Shown: positions 38,561-49,216, counted from the stretch's first letter. The stretch: DNA of 64,000 nucleotides from Candidatus Saccharimonadia bacterium (GCA_041907025.1 JAYRIB010000004.1:1223-65222); one strand, 5' to 3'. The notes: generated by a model from the sequence alone, not told the origin. A program made the numbers and translations.

Positions 38561-39616
38561 TTATGATTTCGGAGTAAATATCTCCATGGATGCTCGGTAC
38601 TCGCCAGCCCGCGCTGCGCTGTTGCATGCTAGCCGGTGGTAGAAGATTTTTTGTGCTTCGGCCACATTCTTGGCTTTGCCAAGCCAGGCCTTCATGGCAG
38701 GATCCTGCACAGCACGGGAGAAGGAGAAGGTTATTGGCCACGCTTGCTTGCCAGCCAGACTAAGGGCATTGAGGTTGGCGCTTGCTTGGGTCGGGCTCTG
38801 TCCACCTGAGAGGAAGACCACGGCGCCAACTTCTGGCGGTACGGCAGCTTTGAGGCTGCGCAACGTAGCGGCACCAACCTCATCGGCCGTGGACTGGTGG
38901 GGGTTGGCTTTTCCTGCCAGCACAAAGCTGGTCTTGATGATGACGCCGCGCAAGTCGACGCGGTAGGCACGGACAATCTCGATAGTGGTTGCCAGTACTC
39001 GCGTAGTGGTATGCTCGGCCTGCTCCAAGCTATGTGGGCCGTCGTAGATCACCTCAGGTTCAATGATTGGTACGATGCCGTGCGACTGGCAAATGCTAGC
39101 GTAGCGACCAAATACATTGCCGTTAGCATGAATAGCGGCCTCTGTGGGGGTGGTAGGACCAATAGTGAATGCAGCGCGCCACTTCGCAAAACGTGCGCCC
39201 AGGCGAGCATACTCAGCCAAGCGCTTGTCCAGGCCATCAAGCCCTTCGGTTATCTTCTCGCCGGGGAAGTTTGTGAGATCGACCAGGCCCATGTCTACCT
39301 TAATTCCGGGTATGATTCCTTTGGACATGAGGTATTTCGGAAAGCCCACCCCGTCGTCGGTACTCTGATGGATGGTCTCGTCGTACAATATAACGCCACT
39401 AATGAAGTCATTGAGGTTTGGTGTGGTAAAGAGTAGGTGACGCCAATTACGACGTGTTTCTTCGTTGACGGGCAAGTGCAGCGCCTCCAGGCGTGCGTTC
39501 GCGCTCTTCGTACTCTCGTCTGCTGCCAAAATGCCTTTACCGGGGTGCAAGAGGTGATCGATGGTGGCATAGAGCCGAGTGTGATGTTCTTGTGCACTGA
39601 TCTGGTCTGGACGCAT
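38561..39616 (-). CDS. Fructose-bisphosphate aldolase class I
   Basis: GKGILAADES, GIKVD, FAKWR, VPIIEPEV and FLSGGQS motifs. Confidence 0.95.
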   Translation of the reverse strand: MRPDQISAQEHHTRLYATIDHLLHPGKGILAADESTKSANARLEALHLPVNEETRRNWRHLLFTTPNLNDFISGVILYDETIHQSTDDGVGFPKYLMSKGIIPGIKVDMGLVDLTNFPGEKITEGLDGLDKRLAEYARLGARFAKWRAAFTIGPTTPTEAAIHANGNVFGRYASICQSHGIVPIIEPEVIYDGPHSLEQAEHTTTRVLATTIEIVRAYRVDLRGVIIKTSFVLAGKANPHQSTADEVGAATLRSLKAAVPPEVGAVVFLSGGQSPTQASANLNALSLAGKQAWPITFSFSRAVQDPAMKAWLGKAKNVAEAQKIFYHRLACNSAARAGEYRASMEIFTPKS

Positions 39617-39715
39617 CCACGCCTCCTATAGTTCTTATGTAACTAGCATAGCACACCAGTCGGGGTAGGCAAACTATCTACTTATAAATAGTACTTTAGC
39701 ATTATAGTTAAGTAG

Positions 39716-40177
39716 CTAGTTTGCCTGGGCTTTACGGGGTTTGATTTCTCGATCGGCGTCCCTGAGCATGTCGCGACGCTTGGTAGCTTCGCGCTTGTCG
39801 AAATGTTTTTTACCCCGCCCAATACCAAGCTCAACCTTCACGAGGCCACGCTCAATGCCGACAGATAGAGGGACGACGCTGAGCCCTTGAGTTTTAACAG
39901 CGCCGATCAGCTCATCGATCTGTTTGCGGTGTAGCAGAAGCTTGCGGCTCCGTACAGGGTCGTAGGAGGCGAGATTGGCCGCACTTTGGTAGCGAGTAAT
40001 ATGTGCGTTCGTAAGCCAAGCTTCGCTTGCGTGCACACTAATGAAACTACCTTTGAGGCTGATATGGCCCGATTTAACGCTCTTTACCTCATGGCCAGCC
40101 AATACAATGCCGGCTACGAGGGTATCTTTGATCTCATAGTCGAACCGAGCACGCTTGTTTTTGGCAACTATCTTCAT
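39716..40177 (-). CDS. smpB: SsrA-binding protein
   Basis: NKRARFDY, GHEVKS, RKLLLH and GKKHFDKRE motifs. Confidence 0.97.
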   Translation of the reverse strand: MKIVAKNKRARFDYEIKDTLVAGIVLAGHEVKSVKSGHISLKGSFISVHASEAWLTNAHITRYQSAANLASYDPVRSRKLLLHRKQIDELIGAVKTQGLSVVPLSVGIERGLVKVELGIGRGKKHFDKREATKRRDMLRDADREIKPRKAQAN

Positions 40178-40272
40178 GGGGTGTCCTTATGCAAGCATTA
40201 TATCACCCTAGTCTCAGGTAGGGCAGAGCCGACTTGGTTTAGGGGTAGGCGTAATTAGGTTATAATGGGTTT

Positions 40273-41997
40273 ATGAGTAAGGTTACTACTGAAATTATTG
40301 GACTTATTGAGCAGTCCTGCCGCGTGGCGTATCCAGACTATGGCAAAGAGGGTGACGTGGCAGATAGCATAAGTCTGCCAGATCAGGCGTTTGGCGACTT
40401 AGCCTCGAGCATAGCCATGCGTATAGCAGCCCAGCTCGACGTAGCTCCACGCATAGTGGCTGAGAAGATCGTCGGGTCTTTACCGGAGAGTTCACTTGTG
40501 CAGCAGGTGACCATAGCCGGTGCTGGCTTTATTAACATTCGCTTGTCGGACAGTGCGTTGAGCACAATGTCTGCTGAGATGGCTAGTTTGCATCCCGAGG
40601 CTATGGTGGATGCCATAGGCGGTGGTAAAACGGTTGCAATCGACTATTCGCACCCGAATATCGGCAAGCCCATGGGTGTACACCACTTGCTTTCGACCGT
40701 CATTGGCGATGCAATTAAGCGGACGATGCGCGAGGCGGGTTACAAGGTGATTGCTGACAACTTCATCGGCGACTTAGGCACGCAGTTTGGTAAGCTAATC
40801 TGGGCCGTCAAGCAGTGGGGCGACAGTGCTACGATCGAACTAGATCCAATCACTGAGCTGCAGAAGTTGTACGTGAAGTTTCACATTGAGTCGGATGGCG
40901 ATGTCGAACTGGACGCTGCGGCTCGGGCAGAGTACTTAAAGCTAGAGCAGGGTGATGCCGAGAACCGTGAGCTTTGGCGAAAGATTGTAGACTGGAGCAA
41001 GGCTGAGATACAGCCGATTTATGATGCTTTGGGGGTGGAGTTTGATTATATGCACGGCGAGAGCTTCTATGAGGATAAAATGGAGTCTATTCTGCAGCGA
41101 GGCATAGATGAGGGCGTGTTTATCGAGAGTCAAGGCGCTCTTGTTTGCCTGTCGACGAACGAGGATGAGCCACCTGCCATCCTGCGCAAGAGTGATGGCG
41201 CTACGCTGTACCTTACCCGTGACTTGGCTCGCATTGCCTACTGGGAGGAAGCCTGGCAGCCGGATATTATGCTCGTGGTCGTAGATGAGGCACAGAGCTT
41301 TGCCCAAAGGCAGCTGTATAGTGTTGCCCAGAAACTACAGCTTACAGACGCACAGCTCACACAGGTTAACTTTGGTCGCATGCGTTTTACTGATGGTAGT
41401 ATGAGTACGCGCAAAGGTAATATTCTCTTGCTAAAAGACTTGCTTGCAGAGGCTGAGGCTCGGGCGCGCAAGCTAGTTGATGACAAATCTCACGGGCTTG
41501 ATCCCCAAGAGCGAGCCCAAGCAGCCCATATATTGGCAATATGTAGTATAAAATACAACATACTTTCACAAAATAGGCTTTCAGACATTGTCTTTGACTG
41601 GTCGAGTATGCTGAACTTTGAAGGTAATAGCGCCCCTTACCTAACGTATACCCTTGTCCGCTTGCGCTCACTGCTGGCGAAAGCCGCCCATGACCAGGAG
41701 GGTAAGGCAGGTAGTGAACACCGCGCTTGGTCTGAAGCTGTTGAGCGCGAGCTAGTACTACAGCTAACGCAGTACAACGATACGTTTAGACGCGCTATGA
41801 ACGAGCAAAAACCCAGTCATCTTGCTAACTACGCTTACTCACTCGCTCAAAAGTACAACAGGCTCTATAATAGCCTCCCTGTACTGCAGGCCGATGGCGA
41901 CACCAGGGCTGTGCGACTACAGCTTAGTACTACCGCAGAGCGGACTTTGGCACACGCGTTTCGTTGTCTCGGTCTCGTTGCGCCAATAAAAATGTAG
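40273..41997 (+). CDS. argS: Arginine--tRNA ligase
   Basis: DYSHPNIGKPMGVHH, GDLGTQFG, KSDGATLY and MSTRKG motifs. Confidence 0.97.
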   Translation: MSKVTTEIIGLIEQSCRVAYPDYGKEGDVADSISLPDQAFGDLASSIAMRIAAQLDVAPRIVAEKIVGSLPESSLVQQVTIAGAGFINIRLSDSALSTMSAEMASLHPEAMVDAIGGGKTVAIDYSHPNIGKPMGVHHLLSTVIGDAIKRTMREAGYKVIADNFIGDLGTQFGKLIWAVKQWGDSATIELDPITELQKLYVKFHIESDGDVELDAAARAEYLKLEQGDAENRELWRKIVDWSKAEIQPIYDALGVEFDYMHGESFYEDKMESILQRGIDEGVFIESQGALVCLSTNEDEPPAILRKSDGATLYLTRDLARIAYWEEAWQPDIMLVVVDEAQSFAQRQLYSVAQKLQLTDAQLTQVNFGRMRFTDGSMSTRKGNILLLKDLLAEAEARARKLVDDKSHGLDPQERAQAAHILAICSIKYNILSQNRLSDIVFDWSSMLNFEGNSAPYLTYTLVRLRSLLAKAAHDQEGKAGSEHRAWSEAVERELVLQLTQYNDTFRRAMNEQKPSHLANYAYSLAQKYNRLYNSLPVLQADGDTRAVRLQLSTTAERTLAHAFRCLGLVAPIKM

Positions 41998-42012
41998 GCG
42001 ATCGTGATGTCC

Positions 42013-44070
42013 TTACAGCTTTGTAGAGATGACCTTGTTGCCGCTGAGCGCGTACAGGGTGCCGTCAGCGGTTACACTAAAGTCCTTTAGCTTTACTCCA
42101 GCTGGAGTGAGGTATTGCTGCTTGTACGCAAAGCCATTACCATCGAGGTTTATGCCGACAATTTGTTGCTGGTTTGTTCCAAGAGCAATGATTGACTGCT
42201 CGTTTTGAAGTATAAGCTTAGTTAGGCCTTTGACCGAAGTTGCCAGGTCGGTAATTGAAGCGGGTTCGCCAATACCGTTGGTGAACGTTGTAATTTTAGT
42301 ACTGCCATCGACCATTAAGATAGAACCGTTGATGGCGAGAGCAGTGCCTTTGGCTACACTTGCAGCGTTTGCCCGTTTAATATAGCTTGAGCTCGCGCTA
42401 AAACCAATCGAGGTGCGACTGTGTCGGTAGATTTGATCATTCTGAGGTGAGAGGATATAGAGGTTGCCAACATAACTCGCAATGGCGTTGCCAGCGATCC
42501 AATTGCCGCCACTTAGTTTGACCGTAGTAAGTGGTTTTCCAGGTATAAACTGCAGCACATCTGGTGCAGAGGTTAGGATGAAGATGCTATCTCCAAGCGA
42601 AGACGGTGTTGCGGCGACGGCAAGCTTTAGGCTACTGTTTTGAGCTACGATGCTTGATGATTTGCGGGCAATGTCTATCTGGTACAGGGCGCCTGCATTC
42701 GTATCAACCGTATACAGCCGGTCGTCGAGTTGCACAATGAAATTCGCAGTAAACTTCTTTACTGATGTAAAATCTACAATATTATTAACTTTAAGTCGGG
42801 TGATGTTGCTTAGCTTGTCGTTGACGGTAGAGAGGCGCGCCGCTAACTCCTGAGGGCTAATGCTCTTTTGGCTGCGCAAATCACTGTCCATTTCAAAGGC
42901 GCGGCTGATTTGTTGAGCATTATAGGCATTGGTAATTGCCTCTAGCTTGGTGGTGGCTGATTTTGTGGAGGCGGCACTACCATCAACTTGCCCTAAACTC
43001 TGTTTGGCCTCGGCGCTTTCGGTCAAGGCAACCACTTCTTTGTAGTCTGTCACTAAGTCTCGATAGTTCGTGGTATTGGCGGAATACAGGTACGAACCGA
43101 TTCCAATGCACAGGACCAGCCCCAGAGCGATCACGAGCGCTTTGCGCGGGTTTGGGTTAATATACTTAGTCCACAGGTTGTTCCAAATGGATTTGCTATG
43201 ATGTTTGGCATTCGGCCAGGCTTTGGTTTTCCACCAGGAGTGAGACTTGCTAGCAGCTGCTTTGACAGCTCCAGAGGCCTTGAGCGCGAGCGGTGCGCCA
43301 GCAGCCTTTACCTCGTCGAGCTTGGTTTGCGATTTACCTACCATGACGGTGTCGGGTTGGCCTTCGAGGGGTTCGTTTGAGGCCTGTTCCAGGTCGCTGA
43401 GCTCAACTACAAGGGCGGCACAGCGTGCACTGCTTGCCTCACCCTCGAGTTGGCTACTCATTTTATGTACGCAGCTGGCAGGAGAGTTGTCGATTACCAG
43501 CTGGTTGAGGGAACTGGCTTCGAATTCAAAGAGGACTGCGGGTGTGGCAAAGAGCAGTTTATCTTTTTGCTTGAGTGTGCCCTCGGCAATGCCGTGGAAG
43601 GTTTTGCGCGGGCTGCTGCCTGCATTCAGGCCCTCAGCTAAGTCGGTAAGCTTGGAGCCTCGGTACAGGCGTGCATGCGCCTTGCCACACTGGGATAAAT
43701 AGAGCTGATCTTGATTCAGTATGGCTACAACTGCACTGAGACTACTAATGTGCTTGGCATGATGTGATTCATTGAGTCTGGCGAGTTGGCTGTTCAGGGC
43801 AGCGATGGACTTTTCGAACCGAGTGCTCGGCTCGTCATCAAACTTCTTGTTAAAGTATTCTTCACCCATAGTCTTAATAACCAAATCGACTATTTGACTT
43901 GCTAGGGACTCCTTGGCCATGACTTCGATGACAACAAATAGGCTACCAAGTTGGAGTTTTTGCTCAATCGGTGGCTCGAAATGGTAGGCAAATGCCAAAG
44001 CCGGCACACTGGAGTGCTTCGTGGGGTATGGTACAAGTTTGGCTACGCGCTGAAGGAGGGGTGTGTTCAT
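42013..44070 (-). CDS. Hypothetical protein: PP2C-like N-terminal fold, central TM, C-terminal beta-propeller-like domain
   Basis: GSLFVVIE, LYLSQCG..HARLYRG, GTLKQKDKLLFAT; TM; YVGNLYILSP..QIYRH. Start moved to ATG 44070. Confidence 0.6.
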   Translation of the reverse strand: MNTPLLQRVAKLVPYPTKHSSVPALAFAYHFEPPIEQKLQLGSLFVVIEVMAKESLASQIVDLVIKTMGEEYFNKKFDDEPSTRFEKSIAALNSQLARLNESHHAKHISSLSAVVAILNQDQLYLSQCGKAHARLYRGSKLTDLAEGLNAGSSPRKTFHGIAEGTLKQKDKLLFATPAVLFEFEASSLNQLVIDNSPASCVHKMSSQLEGEASSARCAALVVELSDLEQASNEPLEGQPDTVMVGKSQTKLDEVKAAGAPLALKASGAVKAAASKSHSWWKTKAWPNAKHHSKSIWNNLWTKYINPNPRKALVIALGLVLCIGIGSYLYSANTTNYRDLVTDYKEVVALTESAEAKQSLGQVDGSAASTKSATTKLEAITNAYNAQQISRAFEMDSDLRSQKSISPQELAARLSTVNDKLSNITRLKVNNIVDFTSVKKFTANFIVQLDDRLYTVDTNAGALYQIDIARKSSSIVAQNSSLKLAVAATPSSLGDSIFILTSAPDVLQFIPGKPLTTVKLSGGNWIAGNAIASYVGNLYILSPQNDQIYRHSRTSIGFSASSSYIKRANAASVAKGTALAINGSILMVDGSTKITTFTNGIGEPASITDLATSVKGLTKLILQNEQSIIALGTNQQQIVGINLDGNGFAYKQQYLTPAGVKLKDFSVTADGTLYALSGNKVISTKL

Positions 44071-44199
44071 GGAAGTGCTATGGATTTGCAGTTTTTGCAG
44101 ACTTACAAGGTGTTTAAGCAGAATGTTTTCCTTAGCATAACATTTTTGGCACTTGGCGGCCAGGGAGTATGTAGGGAGGTGAGCTGCTATACTAAGGTC

Positions 44200-47055
44200 A
44201 TGGAAAAAACCGATCACATTGCAGGGCTCAACAAGGCACAGGCCAGGGCAGTAACGCATGGTAGCGGCCCAGCTCTTGTGGTGGCGGGCGCAGGGACAGG
44301 TAAGACCACGGTTATTACCCGACGGATAGCTTGGTTGATAGCTACGGGTAAGGCGCGGCCAGATGAGATTCTCGCACTTACCTTTACCGACAAGGCCGCC
44401 CGTGAAATGGAGGAGCGGGTTGATCACTTATTGCCATATGGGGTGGTGAGCACCAATATCATGACATTCCACGCCTTGGGTGATCAGATTCTGCGTGATC
44501 AGGCGTTGGAGATTGGCATTTCAACCGACTTCCAGGTAATGAGTGGTTTTCAGCAGATAATCTTCATGCAACAGATTCTGCCAGAGCTCGAGTTGGATCA
44601 TTACGCACCGCTCGGTAATCCATACCAGTTTCTGGAGGCACTTGCTACGCATTTTTCACGACTCAAAGATGAATGTATTACGCCGGCGCTGTATCGAGAG
44701 TTTGCTGCCCAGCAGATAGTTAAGGCAGCAACAGAGGAGGCTAAGTCTGAGGCTGAGCGCGTTCGTGAATTGGCGTTTGCCTACAGTGTGTATACCGAGC
44801 AGGCTCGAGCTCAGGCTAAGCTGGACTTTGGGGATCAAATCTCGCTGACCATTGAACTATTCAAGGCACGGCCAAAGGTCCTGCTTGGCTACCAGCAACG
44901 GTTCAAATACATCATGGTAGACGAGTATCAGGATACAAATTACGCTCAAAACGAGTTCGTAAAGATGTTGACAAAAAAGCATCAAAACATTATGGTTGTA
45001 GGTGATGATGACCAGTCAATCTACCGCTTCAGAGGTGCTTCAATCGCGAATATCTTGCAGTTTAAAAAACAGTACCCCAAAACCAAGCAAATCGTGATGA
45101 CCGAAAACTATCGGTCGACTCAGGAAATTCTAGATATTAGCCATACGCTTGTTGCTAACAACAATCCAGACCGACTTGAAGTTCAAAACAAGATCGATAA
45201 GCGTTTAGTCGGTTTCAGTCATGGTCCAGCACCTGTACTCATGCAGGCCCCCACCTTACCAGAGGAGATGCAGCTGGTAGCGCGCCAAGTAGCAAGACTC
45301 ATTGCCGATGGCGTTGAGCCGCGTGACATTGCGATTTTAATGCGCAAAAACAGTCAGTCGAGCGCCATAATGTTGGCCTTAGAGGCTGAGGGGGTGATGG
45401 CTGAAACCTCCCAAAGGGAAAGTCTGTTTATGCGTCCAGAGGTAAAAGCTCTCCTTAACTTTGTGGCGGTCATGAATGACCCCCAGGACTCAACGGCTAT
45501 GTATGGACTGCTCGCGGGTGATATATACCAGATGCAGCTTGGTTCGCTGGTCAGTATGACATCTCAGGCAAAGCGTGAGCACAGCAGTCTTGAGCAGTAT
45601 TTGAGGGGTATTGAAGGGGCGGAGGCAGGTATGGAGAGGGTGATTGAGCATATCGATGAGTACCGCAAGCACGCCCGTGAGCTGAGTGCTGGACAGCTGT
45701 TGTATAAATTCATACATGAGCAGGGTTATCTGGGAAAGCTGCTCGAAGCAGCCGAAAATAGTAATGAAGCGGCCCTAAAGATTCAAAACATTGCCCAGTT
45801 TTTTGGGCTGATCAGGGAGTTTGAAAACATGAGTCTTGATCCAACGATTTATCATTTCTGGGCCTATGTTTCCGAGATGCGCAGCTCAGAAGCCGACATA
45901 TTGTCGACCGAATCGCCACTTGATCAAAATGCGGTGCGGATTATGACGATACACAAGGCAAAGGGGCTAGAGTTCGAGGCGGTGTTTGTGCCTAATATGG
46001 TTGCAGAGGTCTTTCCCTCGCGTCGTCAGGCCGAAAAGATTCAGATTCCAGATGGCCTGATAAATGTCGATACCAGTCGGGAATGGCATGTTGCTGAGGA
46101 GCGACGTCTTTGTTACGTGGCGCTCACGCGTGCCAAGAAATACCTCTACTTGTCATGCTCATACGATCATGGCGGAGCTCGCTTGCGTAAGATGTCGCCG
46201 TTTGTAGCCGAAGCACTTGGTGCCCAAGCTCCCATACAACTGGAGGCTAAGACGGGTGCTCTTGAGCTGATTGACCAATTTGCAGTACCGCAAAAACCAG
46301 AACACGATCTGACTGCGCACTTGTACGAGGATGGCTGGCTGAATCTCACCCCACACCAGATTGACGACTATTTGCGCGATCCAGAAAAGTTTTGGTTATT
46401 CCATGTCCTGAAGCTGCCACAGGGGCCGTTTCATGCCCTTGTGTATGGATCGGCTATTCATCATGCGATAGAGTTTTATTACCGCGGGCGGCTCAACGGT
46501 CGCACGGTTCCACTCAAAGATGTGCAGCAGGCTTTTGAGGACGCTTGGTCGAGTGAGGGCTTTGTGTCCAGGCGCCACGAGCAGCAACGGCTGTCGCGTG
46601 GGAGAGAGGTCATTAAACGGTTCTATGAACGCGAGAAGCAAGCTGAGTTGCCACAATGCGTTGAGTTACCGTTTAGTCTCATTATCCCTGAGCTCAAAGT
46701 CCGTATTAGCGGTCGATATGACGCAGTTTTTGCGCACAAGCTGGTTGGTAGCAAGAATGGGGCGATCGAAATTCGCGACTTCAAGACTTCCCAAGTAAAG
46801 GACCAGGCGGCTGCAGAACGGAAGCTCAAAGACAACGTGCAGCTGGCCATTTATGCACTCGCTTGGGAGCGCACCACGCAGCAGCCAGTTGCAAGTGTGT
46901 CGTTGGACTTTGTTGAGCCTGGGCTTATCGCTGCGACAACGAAGGTTGATCATGTCAAGACGCTCGAGAAGATTAAGAAAGTGGCTGACGGGATAGCTCG
47001 CCGCGACTTCAAAGGTGGTGCCCAGTCGCTCTACAAGGTAACGCAACCATGGTAA
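44200..47055 (+). CDS. UvrD/PcrA-family helicase fused to a C-terminal PD-(D/E)XK nuclease
   Basis: AGAGTGKT, DEYQD, GDDDQSIYRFRGA, TIHKAKGLEF, YVALTRAK; C-terminal GRYD...DFKT...QLAIY. Confidence 0.92.
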   Translation: MEKTDHIAGLNKAQARAVTHGSGPALVVAGAGTGKTTVITRRIAWLIATGKARPDEILALTFTDKAAREMEERVDHLLPYGVVSTNIMTFHALGDQILRDQALEIGISTDFQVMSGFQQIIFMQQILPELELDHYAPLGNPYQFLEALATHFSRLKDECITPALYREFAAQQIVKAATEEAKSEAERVRELAFAYSVYTEQARAQAKLDFGDQISLTIELFKARPKVLLGYQQRFKYIMVDEYQDTNYAQNEFVKMLTKKHQNIMVVGDDDQSIYRFRGASIANILQFKKQYPKTKQIVMTENYRSTQEILDISHTLVANNNPDRLEVQNKIDKRLVGFSHGPAPVLMQAPTLPEEMQLVARQVARLIADGVEPRDIAILMRKNSQSSAIMLALEAEGVMAETSQRESLFMRPEVKALLNFVAVMNDPQDSTAMYGLLAGDIYQMQLGSLVSMTSQAKREHSSLEQYLRGIEGAEAGMERVIEHIDEYRKHARELSAGQLLYKFIHEQGYLGKLLEAAENSNEAALKIQNIAQFFGLIREFENMSLDPTIYHFWAYVSEMRSSEADILSTESPLDQNAVRIMTIHKAKGLEFEAVFVPNMVAEVFPSRRQAEKIQIPDGLINVDTSREWHVAEERRLCYVALTRAKKYLYLSCSYDHGGARLRKMSPFVAEALGAQAPIQLEAKTGALELIDQFAVPQKPEHDLTAHLYEDGWLNLTPHQIDDYLRDPEKFWLFHVLKLPQGPFHALVYGSAIHHAIEFYYRGRLNGRTVPLKDVQQAFEDAWSSEGFVSRRHEQQRLSRGREVIKRFYEREKQAELPQCVELPFSLIIPELKVRISGRYDAVFAHKLVGSKNGAIEIRDFKTSQVKDQAAAERKLKDNVQLAIYALAWERTTQQPVASVSLDFVEPGLIAATTKVDHVKTLEKIKKVADGIARRDFKGGAQSLYKVTQPW

Positions 47056-47083
47056 TTCTTGACCTAGTTGCTATACTTTAGGC

Positions 47084-47593
47084 ATGAGCGCCAAACACTA
47101 TTTGAGCTATCGCGATCAAGACTGGCTCGAGAATTCGCTAGCTGATATTTGGTATCGGCATTTTGAGGATGTGGTTCAGGGCAATGTTGTGCGGATTGTA
47201 TATGGTCGCAAGGCAAAGAACCAGCTAGGCTCGATTAGGCGAGACAAACATGACCCGACGGCAAGCATTATAACAGTTAATCCGCTATTCCAAGATCTTG
47301 ATGTGCCAGAGTATGTTGTTAAAGCCACCATTGTGCACGAGATGACGCACTATGCACATGGCTTTAACTCGCCACTCGAGCAAAAGCACAAACACCCGCA
47401 TAGTGGTGGCGTGATTCGGCGGGAGTTTGCCGAAAGAGGTTTAGAGCAGTTGTATCTGGACCAAAAGGCCTGGTTGAAGGAGTACTGGCCACTCATCTTG
47501 GCTCGGCACTTCCCAAATAACCGCTACAAGATAGTAAAAACTACAACGAGTAGGCAGGTACCCTTGCCGTGGTGGATGCGAGGCATGCGCTAG
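47084..47593 (+). CDS. SprT-like zinc metalloprotease
   Basis: HEMTH (HExxH) plus downstream HPH. Confidence 0.7.
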   Translation: MSAKHYLSYRDQDWLENSLADIWYRHFEDVVQGNVVRIVYGRKAKNQLGSIRRDKHDPTASIITVNPLFQDLDVPEYVVKATIVHEMTHYAHGFNSPLEQKHKHPHSGGVIRREFAERGLEQLYLDQKAWLKEYWPLILARHFPNNRYKIVKTTTSRQVPLPWWMRGMR

Positions 47594-47669
47594 TATTGAC
47601 ATACTTATTGGTAGGTACTATTATAGTAGTCCGAACTTTGTTATCAGGACTTCGATCTTGGGAGCGAGC

Positions 47670-48017
47670 ATGTCAACAATTGCAGTAATTTGTCCGCAGT
47701 GTGGAGACGTAGAAGTTACTCAGAAGGAAGTAGTTGTCAGGGTGTGCAGAGATACCTCTGTCGCGAGCTACTGGCTGACGTGCCCATGGTGCACAGAGAT
47801 AATTACCCGGAGGGCGGAACCGCGGGTTGTTGAGTTGCTGGTGGCTGCAGGCTGTCGGCTCCAAACGTGGAGCCTTCCAGAGGAGTTGAGTGACGCGCAG
47901 CGGTGTGGCAGTGGTTTGCCTATCGATATTGATGAAGTCCTCGATTTCCCTGAGAAAGTTCAGGACGAAGCTGCCTTCGATGAGGCATTCGATAAACTCT
48001 GTCGTGAAGTGAAGTGA
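47670..48017 (+). CDS. Small zinc-ribbon hypothetical protein
   Basis: CPQCGDVE and CPWC pairs; TTGACA promoter upstream and GGGAG Shine-Dalgarno. Confidence 0.7.
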   Translation: MSTIAVICPQCGDVEVTQKEVVVRVCRDTSVASYWLTCPWCTEIITRRAEPRVVELLVAAGCRLQTWSLPEELSDAQRCGSGLPIDIDEVLDFPEKVQDEAAFDEAFDKLCREVK

Positions 48018-48139
48018 TGGAAAAAGAGGGGTGGCTAGGCATAGGGCTTAGCCACCAATCGGCCGGACAAATATGTCCGGTTTTCTTTTGCCCACATAGT
48101 TCGTTTTGTGTTCGTTGATGGGTCGTGTATAATATGCTT

Positions 48140-49216
48140 ATGACAGCACTTCTCATTGTCCTCATCGTAATTATGCTCTTGGGCTTCGGCGCGATTATAT
48201 TTGTGCTGAGTCGGCAAACGCCTGCTCCAAAGGCCGATGAGGGCGCTCTGGGCATGCTCAAGCAGGACCTGCAAGGAATCACTCAGTTACTCTCGCAAAC
48301 CCAGTCGCAAATGGGTGAGCGGCTGGATAAAAACAATGATGCTATGCGCGACTCGGTGCACAGACAGATGAGCGAGTCAGCCAAGCTCATTACTGAGGTC
48401 ACACAGCGGCTCACGACGCTCGACGAAACCAACCGTCGGGTAGTTGATGTAGCGGATGAGCTAAAAACGCTTCAAAATGTCTTACAGAACCCCAAACAAC
48501 GCGGTGTATTGGGGGAATACTACCTTGATACAGTGCTTAAGAACGTGTTGCCGCCCGATCGCTATAAATTGCAGTATAAATTTGAAGATGGCGAGATTGT
48601 TGATGCGGCTATTTTCCTAGAAGAGGGTAAGGTTTTGCCGATCGACTCTAAGTTCAGCTTAGAAAACTACAATCGGTTGATTGAAGAGAATGACAAGGAC
48701 AAGCGTGAGGTAATTATCAAGACCTTTAAGCAAGACTTAAAGAACCGCATTGACGAGACTGCTAAGTATATTCGCCCTAATGAAGGCACAATGGACTTCG
48801 CCTTCATGTTTATTCCCTCCGAGGCCATTTACTATGACTTGCTGGTTAATAAAGTCGGTATGGTGCAGACATCCTCGCGCGACCTCATAGAGTATGCTTT
48901 TCGGGATAAGAAGGTCATTATTGTGTCGCCAACCTCATTTATGGCCTACTTGCAGACAGTTTTGCAGGGCTTGCGCTCGTTGCAGATCGAAGAGCAGGCC
49001 AAGGAGATCCAGATCCGCGTGGGCCAGCTTGGGCAGCATCTGCGCGCGTACGACACGTTTATGGGCAAGCTGGGTAATTCGCTCGGTACAACCGTTAATC
49101 ACTATAATAACGCCCACAAAGAGCTGAAAAAGATTGATAAAGACGTGGTGAAGATCTCGGGCAGTAGTCCGGCCGTTGAAGCGTTGTTAGTTGATAAGCC
49201 TAGCCTAGACGAGTAA
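48140..49216 (+). CDS. rmuC: DNA recombination protein RmuC
   Basis: N-terminal TM, coiled coil, RGVLGE, IDSKF, DFAFMFIPSE and VSPTS motifs. Confidence 0.93.
   Translation: MTALLIVLIVIMLLGFGAIIFVLSRQTPAPKADEGALGMLKQDLQGITQLLSQTQSQMGERLDKNNDAMRDSVHRQMSESAKLITEVTQRLTTLDETNRRVVDVADELKTLQNVLQNPKQRGVLGEYYLDTVLKNVLPPDRYKLQYKFEDGEIVDAAIFLEEGKVLPIDSKFSLENYNRLIEENDKDKREVIIKTFKQDLKNRIDETAKYIRPNEGTMDFAFMFIPSEAIYYDLLVNKVGMVQTSSRDLIEYAFRDKKVIIVSPTSFMAYLQTVLQGLRSLQIEEQAKEIQIRVGQLGQHLRAYDTFMGKLGNSLGTTVNHYNNAHKELKKIDKDVVKISGSSPAVEALLVDKPSLDE

Noticed and set aside
43951-44427. Apparent 477-bp head-to-head overlap of two long ORFs
   Set aside because: Artefact of longest-ORF starts; ATG 44070 (-) and ATG 44200 (+) give a normal divergent promoter gap.
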